A stretch of 48,573 nt of DNA from Octopus bimaculoides. Its lineage: Eukaryota. Shown one piece after another: positions 1 to 10,919 of the stretch. The notes beneath the pieces are model-generated. The model searched no databases and was not told where the DNA came from. It saw only the letters and a program-made list of their open reading frames with translations. A program made the translations under genes and the position numbers. Location of the stretch: NCBI RefSeq assembly GCF_001194135.2, contig NC_068987.1:3566481-3615053 (forward strand), read 5' to 3'. Within the stretch, counting starts at the first letter, position 1; every line of letters starts with the position of its first letter.

Positions 1-879
1 CATCGACTCCAGTACACAACTGGTACTTATTTTATCGACCCTGAAAGGATAAAAGACAAGGTCAACCCCGGCGGAATTTGAACTTTGAACGCAAATTCAG
101 AAGAAAGGCCGCTACACAATTTTTCGGTGCGGTAACGATTCTAGCGGCTCATCGCTATCACACACACACACACACATTAATGTTTGTCTTTATCTGAAGT
201 TGTAATAAAAACTATTTAACATTATAGGCGCAGGAGTAGCTCTGTGGTAAGTAGCTTGCTTACCAACCACATGGTTCCGGGTTCAGTCCCACAGCGGGGC
301 ACCTTGGGCAAGTGTTGGCCAGTATTTTTCCTCATTAAGGAAGGCAGAGAATTTTGAGCGGTCGATGCACTTGTTGGTGAAGTGCAATAACAGTGATTTA
401 AAATAATGATTACTGTTATCTTTCAACTGCCAAATACGGTTTCATTATGTTGCTGCGAGGACTTACATTCCAGGTCCACCTTTGGTACATAAACACAAGA
501 AATAGCACAGCCTTATCAAGCTACGTTTGGCACATGAAAGATAACAATCTGAACAAGTCTAATATCACCTGATTTCATAGATTGCAATTCAGCAACAAAT
601 AAACTCACTGCACAAAGTTGCTATGTGTTACATGTATGTGTGAAGATTTATGTTAATGTGTAGGCAATGATTGCGTGTATGCGTGTGTGTATGCGTGTGT
701 GCATGCGTGTGTGCGCGCGTACGATGTGTGATTGTATATATTATGCTGACTCACAGAGATGTTCTAATGCACATACATGCACAATAACAGATGAAGACAG
801 GTGGTGTAGAAAACAGAAGCAGTTGAGTGAGAGGACAAGTTCGGCCAGACGAACGAGTGTGGAGGTGTCGGGTTGGGGG

Positions 880-1760
880 TTGGGTCGGAGGTCAAGGAAA
901 TGTTTGAGTGCACGCAGAGAAGTTTAGAGGGGCCAGGAGGGAAGGGGAAAGAGTTGAACAACCGAAGCGCGTGGTTGGTGTCATGGATGTGAGAAGGGAG
1001 GGAAGCCACTAGGGGGTGGGGGTGGCAAGGACACGGTCAAGATATTTGGAGATTAGCTCGGTGGGGCAGTTACAGGCAGAGNNNNNNNNNNNNNNNNNNN
1101 NNNNNNNNNNNNNNNNNNNNNNNNNNNNNNNNNNNNNNNNNNNNNNNNNNNNNNNNNNNNNNNNNNNNNNNNNNNNNNNNNNNNNNNNNNNNNNNNNNNN
1201 NNNNNNNNNNNNNNNNNNNNNNNNNNNNNNNNNNNNNNNNNNNNNNNNNNNNNNNNNNNNNNNNNNNNNNNNNNNNNNNNNNNNNNNNNNNNNNNNNNNN
1301 NNNNNNNNNNNNNNNNNNNNNNNNNNNNNNNNNNNNNNNNNNNNNNNNNNNNNNNNNNNNNNNNNNNNNNNNNNNNNNNNNNNNNNNNNNNNNNNNNNNN
1401 NNNNNNNNNNNNNNNNNNNNNNNNNNNNNNNNNNNNNNNNNNNNNNNNNNNNNNNNNNNNNNNNNNNNNNNNNNNNNNNNNNNNNNNNNNNNNNNNNNNN
1501 NNNNNNNNNNNNNNNNNNNNNNNNNNNNNNNNNNNNNNNNNNNNNNNNNNNNNNNNNNNNNNNNNNNNNNNNNNNNNNNNNNNNNNNNNNNNNNNNNNNN
1601 NNNNNNNNNNNNNNNNNNNNNNNAAAAGCGCGCACAAAGCTGTGGATATCAGCACGAGTCTGAAATTCGTTGCAGGATGGAGTGAGGGGGATGAAACGCA
1701 GACCCCTACTGAGGAGGGAGCGTTCCGCCTCAGAGAGGAGAAGGGGTGGATAGGTAAATA
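880..1760 (-). mobile_element. Penelope-like element (PLE) ORF remnant, N-terminal and RT region, interrupted by an assembly gap
   Basis: Minus-strand translation right of the gap gives LSEAERSLLSRGLRFIPLTPSCNEFQTRADIHSFVRAF. Left of the gap it gives SACNCPTELISKYLDRVL and, after a frameshift, VASLPSHIHDTNHALRLFNSFPFPPG. These resemble the PLE motifs LSKGLNF.P, RPIVSACNCPTE.IS.YLD and SYIRDTNHAL. Confidence 0.8.
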
Positions 1761-2760
1761 TTTATTTACCGTTAATATAATGCCATGCCTCAACAGGCAG
1801 GTGCGATATAATTGAAAGAGCATGCGGGGTTAAGATAGTTAATTTCGGCCTGTATATGTGTACACATTCTCAGTATTAATCTTTAGATAGTGATAGAATG
1901 ATGTGAGAAAAGGAATTGAGCAAATGAAAGTTACAGAGTCGAGGGAAGTTGTGCCTCATAGTTGGCTGATTCTAACCTTTCTCCCTTTGGCCGTTTTTCT
2001 TTAGTAGCTGCCTGCTTGTGGCCATGACTCTAGTTGGTCTCTGTTCACTAATTGATTTTGCCTTACCAAATTCTAGTATTTACAACTATGCAAAACCAGC
2101 CAGAAGGATAGACATATTGTTGAGAACAATAAAATTCCTTGGTGGTTCCTGTTATCTCAATTCTAACTTAGAAGGGTCAAGTGGCAAATACATTATTTTG
2201 CTTAGCTAAGGCATCTCTGCTAAATGTAACTGCTGTCACTCACAGAAAAACTATTGTTTTACTGTAAGTGAAATTTAACGATCAAGGATCGAACCCCCAC
2301 CACGCCTACATGAAGCCACTACACTCTCTTTTGTGATGTGAGTGCCAGATAAAAGATTTTAATCAATAATAATTACAGCAATGATTTTAGTCAATAATAA
2401 TAAATATAATTACAGTAACGGTTAAAATCGAATAAATATATCGAACATTAAATGCTGAAAAAACAATAACTGCAAATTTGCTCATACCCAGCAGCCCCGT
2501 AATAATGAAAAAAAAAACGTGTGTCAACATTACTTGTGTAAGAAAAATAGGGGCGGAGTTGCAGAAGTCATTCGTAAGTAGAAAAAAGTATAGATGTGAA
2601 ATGACAACACAAGGGGCCCAAATGTAGATCATCTCTTTCGCAAAATAGAGAGGGAAAGAATAACGAAACAGTGGGCTTTCCACGTGACAAAAAAAAAAAA
2701 TCTCAGGGATGGGATTGGATTTGTCTATTATTGATTTTATTTTTATCTCCCGGGTGGGAG

Positions 2761-2949
2761 ATGGGCTGAATCCTGGAAGTACTGCTATACCAGGCCAACC
2801 CGTGGCAAAGGTGGAGCAAGCCCCTAACTCTTCGCCTAGTTCCAAAAATCAGTTTAATATCGATGGTCCCAAATAGGGACCGTATCAGATATTAAGCTGA
2901 TAAGAACAGATACTACACTTTGATCTTAGCCAAAAGGCCGAGAAGCGAT
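2761..2949 (-). ncRNA. U2: U2 spliceosomal snRNA
   Basis: Reverse complement starts ATCGCTTCTCGGCCTTTTGGCTAAGATCAAAGTGTAGTATCTGTTCTTATCAGCTTAATATCTGATACG. It has the branch-point recognition sequence GTAGTA, an Sm site (GATTTTTGG), and pairable stems IIa, IIb, III and IV. Full length, about 189 nt, with no poly(A) tail. Confidence 0.98.
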
Positions 2950-3203
2950 AAATTTTTAACCTAGCTCAGAAATATTTAAATATATTTCTTTATACTACAG
3001 CCACTGATATACGTATTATATATAAAACTTATATTTAATTATTTTCTAAAGTTTTTGTTCATTTACTCATTTCCTCTTCTACCTTATACCATTTGTAATA
3101 TTTTCATATAGGTTTTACTTGAGTTTACTTAAATATTATATGTTTAATTAACAATAAATTCTTTTTTGTCATTGTATAAAGTCAGTAACTAAAAGTAGAC
3201 ATG

Positions 3204-3211
3204 TGACGTCA
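3204..3211. promoter_or_regulatory. CRE/ATF palindrome TGACGTCA, 255-262 nt upstream of the U2 start
   Basis: Perfect TGACGTCA at the distance where snRNA distal sequence elements usually lie. Function is inferred only. Confidence 0.35.
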
Positions 3212-4939
3212 TCATAATGGAGGACAGCACTATTGATCGTACTTGTTGACGCTACAAATATTTAATCTTCCGTATTTAAAGTTCCAAGACTATTTGAACA
3301 AGCTGATCTGTTATCAGTGCGTTCCACCCATGACCAGCCCATCTTATATTCAAACAGTTTATCCTGGATCGATAACTGATGTATAATTGAAACGATTAAT
3401 GTCTTCCTCGTTACCGTTGAATGTTTTGTTTTGGTTGTTATTTCTAGCAACCCGAGCATCCACATAGTGGTTGGCTCGTTATTTGTTCACGAGAAAAGTT
3501 TCCCTGAAGCGAATAAACACCAAGTTCAATCCCGCAATGAGTACAAAATATTTACAATAGCGTCAGATCAACCTTGTGTGTGATAATATCGAGTTGTTAT
3601 TTTAACATTTCAGTTCTCATTGAGCAGGCGTTCCACTCGTGACCATCAATTCTTCTTTGTACCTATCTAGAACGCCGATGTCCGACGTATATTTATCTTT
3701 TATTGTAAGACTTTTAAGGTTTCATTGGCAGTTGTGGGAAGTTAGCTGCTATTTCTAGCAATCGAACAACTGCCAATCGGCTTCTTTGTTGACTGGACAG
3801 ACAAGCAATCGAAGTGACCGAATATGTAATTAGCCAAAGTAATTAGCCAATTTATTACAGAAAGGTGAATACGAAACAATCCGTTATTACCCCTTGATAA
3901 TTGAGGTGTTTGTTATTATTTGAAGTAATTTTCACTAATTCTAACGCAGGTATGGCTGTGTGGTAAGAAGTTTGTTAACTTCCCTGTAAATTAGAGGATT
4001 GACAAAAAACGACCTATAGAAGAAGTACCAGACTTTGAAAATGTAAGTACAGGGTCGATTTGTTCAACTAAACCCTTCACAGCGATACTCCAGCATGGCC
4101 ACAGTCAGTTAACTGAATCTAGAAAAGTATAGGAGAAGAATAGAAAGTTAAACATTGAAATTAAAAATATATCGCTTTTAGTTTCAATGAAATGTAACAA
4201 GAAACTTCGCCTCTTTAGTTACTAACACCTCCCCTGAAGAATAATCTACACGGAGCTTCTAATATATGCTCCCGATAGAAAAAAAAAATGTAGAATATGG
4301 GTGATGAAGGGATGGGGGTTGAAGCACTTGTATATGATGGTGATGGAACTTGTCTTTCAACAGTTAAAAATGTTCAGTTTTTTCGAATTACAGCTGAGCT
4401 GAATTCAGTTCTACAAGAATATCTTGGAGTGACCAGGATGTACGTTAACTTGACTAGTAACAGTCAAGTGACCAGTAGCATCCAGTTTGCTCAGATGTAA
4501 TGAGAGATAAACAACAACAAAAAAGTTTACAATTTATCTTCACTGAAGATAAAAGATTTGGAATCTACACCCGTGAAGCTTTGTAAATCCAATACCCTTG
4601 GACTTTTAATATGCATATACTCTGACCTCATCAGTCATATTTTCTATAAAGCTTGACCAACAAACTCCAAAATGCACAGAATTTATCTTCCATAGACTCA
4701 GCATAAAACATTAGGTAGTAAGATCTTAAACATGCTATGGAAGAAAAAAAACCCAGCTCTTCAAATGTAACAGCATCGCCAACATACTGCCCAGGGGTAC
4801 CCTAGTCCTTTTTTTAGTCTTCTCCCTACATTCTGCCAGTTGAAATCAGCCAAAAAGTCTATTATATATATTTCAATTCCAGCTTCAGATGCAAAATATT
4901 TAAGCTTCCACTTCTTTTCCAGGTTCATTTAATTAAGAA

Positions 4940-5210
4940 TATCATCTCACCAGCGTTATGTTCTGAGTTCAAATGCCACCAAGGACTACTCTGCCTTTCA
5001 TTCTTTCGGGTCGATAAATTAAGTACTATTCGAGCACTGGGGTCGACTAACCCCTCCCCTCGTTAGCATGTTGGAAAAAATGCTTAGCGCCATTTCTTTC
5101 GACTCTTTAAGTCCTGTGTTCAGATTCCGCAGAAGAGTCGACTTGCCTGTTTACCCTTTTGGTTGGTCAGTTGTGCCCTGGGGCGATGTAATCGACTTTT
5201 CCTTCTCCTC
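4940..5210 (+). mobile_element. tRNA-related SINE family B, two partial copies
   Basis: Shares gttctgagttcaaat-cc...gaggtcgact...ttcatcctttcggggtcgataaattaagtac with many other copies in the window. Confidence 0.75.
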
Positions 5211-5288
5211 AAAATTATTGCTTTTGTACGATGATTACAGAGATTCTTGTCTTCTCTGCAGCCGTGTTTCTCCTGCCATTTTATAATA

Positions 5289-5473
5289 ACCTAGCAGAGA
5301 TACCCGGCATTGCTCGGAATTAAACGGCATAGATTTTTTTTTATTGTTTTACTTGTTTCAGTAATGTGACTGTGGCCATGCTGAGTGAAATCGGTTGGGT
5401 AGTTCTCGAGTTTTAGTGATGCACACATACAGACAGACGGACAGACACACATTATCAGTTTTATATACATAGA
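5289..5473 (+). mobile_element. Helitron-like non-autonomous element (Lep1/HINE-like) with a SINE fragment inside
   Basis: Starts cctagcagagatacccggcattgctcgg and ends acagacagacggacagacacacattatcagttttatatacatagat. This matches the ACTAGC..ACCCGG start and (ACAG)n..TATATAGAT end layout of such elements. Confidence 0.5.
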
Positions 5474-5889
5474 TTAACACTTTCCAGCAATGTATTTTCT
5501 ATTTACATAAAATCCTAATCTACATTATAATCACGAAGACACATGCTATTTCTATTTTAAGCATATAATTATGCACACAAATTATTCCGCCGCGTCGTCG
5601 ATGATAAGATAAAAATGTCGTGGCTTTATGTTGGTCTTAATAAATATTTATGACAAAGGAAAATGTATAACTATAAACTACAGACCTTGGTGACTTGAAA
5701 TGAAACACCTTTATTTTTTAGATAAGCAGAAATCGTTAGAGCGTTGGTGGAAATTCCTTGTGATATATTGTAATGTCTCTTCTATGTTCTGAGTTCAAAT
5801 CCTACCTTGATCCATCTTTACCTTTCAATTTTTTCTTGTGACATCATTTCTTTGTTTTGTTAACGCCTGGAAGGGGAAAAAAAAATTCT

Positions 5890-6240
5890 CAAAGTTTCAG
5901 CTAGGAAAGGTCACAATTTTGGCTAAGGTCACAGTTTCGACTAAGAAGACATTACAGTTTTGGTTAGTTTGGGCTAGGAAAAAAATTTATAGTTTTTGAC
6001 AAGGAAAAATTGCTGTCTTTGATTAGGAAAAGTTACAATTTGGAGTATGGAAAATGTCATTTTGAACTACAAAAGAATCAATTTCGGCTTGCAAAAACGA
6101 AGTTTTGGATAGGCAAAATAATAGTTTTAGCTAAGAACAAAAATCAGTTAGAAGTAGAAAAAAAGCCACAGTTTTGTCAAGGAAAAGTCATTGTTTTGGC
6201 TTGGAAAAAAAATCAATTTTGGCAAGGGAAAAAGTTATTT
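5890..6240 (+). repeat. Degenerate minisatellite, about 15 units of about 22 bp (consensus near TCACAGTTTTGGCTAGGAAAAA)
   Basis: Recurrent cagttttgg/caattttgg followed by ctaggaaaa at roughly 20-25 nt spacing. Confidence 0.7.
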
Positions 6241-6596
6241 GAAGATTGTGATATTGAATTCAAATGCCATGAATAATATTTGAAGTATTTGAACCAATAT
6301 TTTAAATCGTTTTAGAACTTGCAATCCGGATAGAGTAATTGCAGATTTCTCAATAGTTCAGCGTAGATGTTCTCTTTTTCACTTTAGGTTAACATCCACT
6401 GGTCAGCTAATTTCCACAACTTTACACAGTTTCTCTTCTCTATCCCAAATCATTATATCAGGTCTGTTAGTCTTCCATAAGATAACCTTGCCCGAACTTG
6501 TCTCTGAGGGTAACTGTCCAGGTGCCACCCCACTGTCATTCATAACCGAAGGGGCTCTTTACCTTTTATATGTGCATATGTGTACATATGTTTATC

Positions 6597-6775
6597 ATCA
6601 TCATCATCATCGTTTAACGTCCACTTTCCATGCTAGCATGGGTTGGACGATTTGACTGAGGACTAGCAAGCCAGAAGGCTGCACCAGGCTCCAATCTGAT
6701 CTGGCAGAGTTTCTACAGCTGGATGCCCTTCCTAAGGCCAACCACTTCGAGAGTGTAGTGGGTGTTTTTTACGTG
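6597..6775 (-). mobile_element. Retroposon family C 3' end (RTE-like tail ending in (GAT)n)
   Basis: catcatcatcgtttaacgtccactttccatgctagcatgggttggacgatttgactgagg...ggatgcccttcctaa recurs in near-identical form at 29575, 30650, 32940 and 47247. Confidence 0.85.
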
Positions 6776-7089
6776 CAAATATATATGCGAATGTTTGTGT
6801 GTGACTCATGGTACATTGACTCAATGACTCATGGTGCATTGTACATCCAGACTATAAAAGCTTTGTGGACTGTCTGTGGATTTTCAGCTTTTCTGCTACT
6901 ACAGTTTTTGTTACCCTGTCTTTCAAGCTTATTCTGCCAAATCTACGAACGATCCACATCTCAAAGACTTTTATCTTCTTTTCCATTGTTCTTTACATTG
7001 TCCAAGATTCTGCCTCCGATAGGGGACAATGGCTATAATAATTTTTAGGAGCAGTGTCATGTCTTTTGAGGTGAAGATGTTTTATCATT

Positions 7090-7460
7090 CTTATTTATGT
7101 AGTTTTAACCTTATTTATTCCTTCAACAATTGCTTCTACACAGCGACCTTGTTGATTTATTGCATGTCCTAAATACTTTGGGTTTTTTTTTTCTCTATTT
7201 ATTCTTTCCATTTGCTTTCTTTTGTACTGTCTTACTAATAACCATTGTCTTTTTGTCACATTCCTCTTTAGACCTTTCTTATCACTTTGTTCTTTCACAC
7301 ATGCAATGTCAGAGCTTCTAGAAACATATCACTTCTCCACAAACGTTTGCCTTCAACATTCATTGTCCGCACCCATCTACTCTGTTCTCCTGTGGCACCC
7401 CTTGTTTTCCATTGCTCTCAGCATATTTGCCAACACCAAACCGCTCTTCCCCAATGCCAG
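7090..7460 (-). mobile_element. Degenerate RTE-type LINE C-terminal fragment
   Basis: LLVRQYKRKQ...KYLGHAINQQGRCVEAIVEGINK resembles the RTE C-terminal LL..IKKRKLKYFGH...EG motif. Confidence 0.45.
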
Positions 7461-7543
7461 GTTTGTGTGTGCTCAAATTATCTGATCATGCCTTTTTCGT
7501 TTTATTTTTAAACCTGCAAATTGGATGTTTTATTAACAACATA

Positions 7544-7796
7544 TTTGGGTTGGTGCATAATTATTGCAGATTTTTGTCAACAAAAACAAAATCAATATTT
7601 AACAAACAACATCTTTAAATGACGGACTGACCGTCTGCAAAGCAAATGGGAAGCAGTAATTGAAGTGGATGGTGAATATGCTCCAGAATAATCATTTAAA
7701 GATGTTTTTGTTGAAAAAAAGTTGCAATGGTGCACCAGCATGACCGCAGCCACTTGGCTGAAACACATAAATAAATAAATTATACACCAACCCAAA
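7544..7796 (+). mobile_element. Internally deleted mariner element
   Basis: TIRs ttgggttggtgcataatt / aattatacaccaacccaa. The interior encodes the transposase C-terminus DRLQSKWEAVIEVDGEYAPE*, similar to mariner LPERWQKVIENNGEY. Confidence 0.8.
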
Positions 7797-8062
7797 AGAA
7801 TCAAAATAAACATTAAAAATGTAAAAGATCAAATTATTGAGTAAAAAAAAAAAAAACCCTAACTACCTCATTATTTTGTTCTTTTACTTGTTTCAGTCAT
7901 TTGACTACGGCCATGCAGGAGCACTGCCTTTAGTCGAACAAATTGACTCCGGGACTTATTCTTTGTAAACCTAGTACTTATTCTGCAGATCTATCAGGAC
8001 ACTTCCGCTCTCCTCAAGACATGATAATGATGATGATGATAACGACAACAACAATAATAATG

Positions 8063-8500
8063 ATTTCAAATTTTGCCACTAGGGCAGCAATTTTGGAGGA
8101 GGGGATGAGTTGATAACATCGACCCCAGTGTTCAACTGGTACTTAATTTATCAACCTCGAAAGGATGAAAGGCAAAGTCAACCTCGGTGGAATTTGAACT
8201 CAGAACGTAGTGACAGGCGAAATACCTCTAAGTATTTTGTCCAACACACTAACAATTTTGCCAGCTCGCTGCCCTAATAATAATAATAATAATCCTTTCT
8301 ATTATAGGCACAAGGCCTGAAATTTGGGGGAGGGGGATAGTCGATTACATCAACCCACAATACTCAGCTTGTCCTTAATTTATCAACTCCGAAAGGATGA
8401 AAGGTAAAGTTAACCTTGGCGGAATTTGAACTCAGAACGTAGCGATGGGTGAAATACCGCTAAGCACTTCGTCCAGCGCACTAACGATTCTGCCAGCTTG
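8063..8500 (-). mobile_element. Two tandem SINE family B copies (8063-8273, 8294-8500)
   Basis: Both carry the gctggcagaatcgttagtg..ttctgagttcaaattcc head and the ttgtgcc/gtggcaaaatttgaaa tail. Confidence 0.85.
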
Positions 8501-8559
8501 AATAAAAATAATAATATTAATAATAAACAAAAAAGATAAAAGGCAATTTTTATTAACAT

Positions 8560-10140
8560 TATTAATTTATTGGACACTGTAGGCCAAAACATGTACAAAA
8601 CACGCCATACAGAAAGGTTACAAAATCCTGTGGGGTGCTACAAAATCAAATAAAATGTGGAAGACGGTAAAAAAATGTAGTAAACCATCAAAAGCACCCA
8701 CCTATAAAAAAAAAAACCCACTTCGGAAGATTAGGGCACCCCACAACTCAGATCATTATCCGTATTGAGCAATCCTTTCCTCTCCTCACTGTACCCTGGG
8801 CCTTCACCTTCCATATTCAAACGTGCTCGTCTTTGGCTTTAGTCAATCTGTGAAGAATCCCACAGGCTCTGCAGGGTGGTCCCTTAGCTCTACATAGTTT
8901 GTGTGATTGGTTAAAATATTTAACTTATAGTCATTAGCCCAACAAAATATATTTTGTTGGACTAACGAGTTCTTCAGATGGCTTCTTTTGAACTTGTCAC
9001 CCTTGGAATAGTTTGGGTAGCTTTCAGTACATTTCTTCTGGCCCTTTATTTTTAGCTTCTTTAGCAGCCCCCTAAAGCTTTCATTCTTCTTTCAAAGAAC
9101 CAGATATCTCTCTGTGACTGTCTTCCACAGTCCTAGTTGTCTTTCTTTCTATTCTTCCCGATGCTTTTTCTATCTCCAGGGCCCATCTCCTCCTCATCAC
9201 CACACCACAAGTTAGAACAGCCTGGTCACTTCTGCGTTGGAGGGAAGAAAGACCCTTTAGTTTCTCAGTGCCCTCACTTTGCAGGGGCTCATCCCTAGTG
9301 CTGAGGATAAGGTGGCTTTGTGTTTCTGCTCCATCCATCTCCAGAGCGGTGGTGGTGTTGTCATGGCAACAGTTACACCACCATCAATCATCTTCTACTT
9401 CCTAACTATTGTTGCTGCTGCCTGGGAGAATCTTTCACCTTTTTAACAGAAAACCCTCAAATGGTTCATACTCCTACATGTATAGCAACTGGGCCTTCTG
9501 TCCTGCACCACCATTCCAGCAATGGACATATGTTACTGAATACCCTTGTGGTCTTTGGGGGACATTAGGATCGTCCATGTAGACTCCACTTCATCACGTT
9601 GTTACAGGTCTCATCTGCACTCACTTCCTGCCAGTATAATGCTGCAAAAGAGACAACCAGATGAGGGTTCACGTTTGCACCCAATATCTCTGACCATGAC
9701 TATTACATACCTTTCCCATAATCTGTACCTCCAGACCATGGGCAAGATTGCGGTGCACAATCTCTGCTAACCCCTTTGCCTCATTCTCAAGCTTAGACAG
9801 GCCATGCTTTCATATGCCTTGCTCCTTCAAGAGGCACATCCTTCCACACACTGGCCAGAATTTCTCTAAATCCCCTTTCGAGAAAATATGAAGACCCACC
9901 TGTTAATTGCAAAACAGAAGTATATCACTTAACTCTTTGATTGTCTTTAGACAAAACCTTTCAACAAAGAGTCCTTTCTCTTGCAATATATTCATATTAC
10001 ATTCTCCAACTCTTCCCGGCTATTCAGCAACAGCTTCCTCTCAGTCCATTTGTAGATCAGACTGGCTACTTGTGATAGACACATTTGTTATGCATCTATA
10101 AAGTCTGTAAGGAAACTTACCATTTGCACATCCACTCTAT
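8560..10140 (-). mobile_element. Degenerate Tx1/L1-like LINE remnant with an ORF1 zinc knuckle
   Basis: Minus strand at about 9445-9490 encodes DRRPSCYTCRSMNHLRVFC*, an exact CX2CX4HX4C knuckle. The flanks are stop-riddled. The boundaries and the Tx1 assignment are inferred. Confidence 0.55.
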
Positions 10141-10190
10141 GCAAACTCTATCACAACTGTCACCATTGTTTGTTACAACACTTAATTTCT

Positions 10191-10337
10191 TATTTACATT
10201 ATTTACATTTGATGGATATTTGTCCTCATCTTGTTTGTTGTTTTCACAATGTTACGGCTGATATACCCTCCAGCCTTCATCAGGTGTCTTGGGGAAATTT
10301 CAAACCTGGGTTCTCATTCCTGAGGTATTTTTGAATG

Positions 10338-10380
<43 letters not shown>

Positions 10381-10527
10381 CATAGTTTCGAAATTTCCCC
10401 AAGACACCTGATGAAGGCTGGAGGGTATATCAGCCGAAACGTGTTAACAACAAACAAGATGAGGACAAATATCCATCAAATGTAAATAATGTATATAATT
10501 CCTCATCTCTTAAATATAGAACTGACT
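10191..10527. mobile_element. Penelope-type inverted pseudo-LTR pair, each arm with a hammerhead motif, with an (ATT)n spacer
   Basis: Arms 10191-10305 and 10385-10496 are reverse complements. The core gacac-CTGATGA-aggctg(gagggtatat)cagcc-GAAAc lies at 10403-10445 (+) and a mutated copy at 10244-10288 (-). The same tail recurs at about 36210-36260. Confidence 0.75.
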
Positions 10528-10919
10528 TAATTTCTTCTACAAAAGTAGACACTGAAGTCCACTACCTCCGCTCTACTCCCAAACAGTTGCAAAATGGGCT
10601 GCTAGAAAACCGCACACATCTGCCTGGAATTGAATGGCACATGTTGTTCATTGGGTTTCATTAAAATGCTCCCATTATATTTTAGTTCTGACAATGCAAC
10701 CTTCATGTTTTGCAAAGAGACAGTCAAGCACTATTTTGGTTGCTAACGCATCAGTCCTTTTGCCTTTTCAAACCAGTTCTTCTAGACTCCTGACCAGTTC
10801 CTCAGCTAATATATCATCTTCATTCTACTTCTTTGCTATATTCTATCAATTCTATCCTAATGGCTATCTTCTGACAGACCCATTATTAATGAGACCTCCC
10901 GACCATCAATTCCTGAGAG

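Noticed and set aside
1009-1823. Long ORFs spanning the first N-gap, and similar ones at 28805-29501, 30725-31454 and 32263-33023
   Set aside because: Their length is an artefact of N runs. The flanking residues come from repeats.
4297-4500. 67-aa ORF MGDEGMGVEALVYDGDG
   Set aside because: There is no recognisable domain and no chain of compatible exons.
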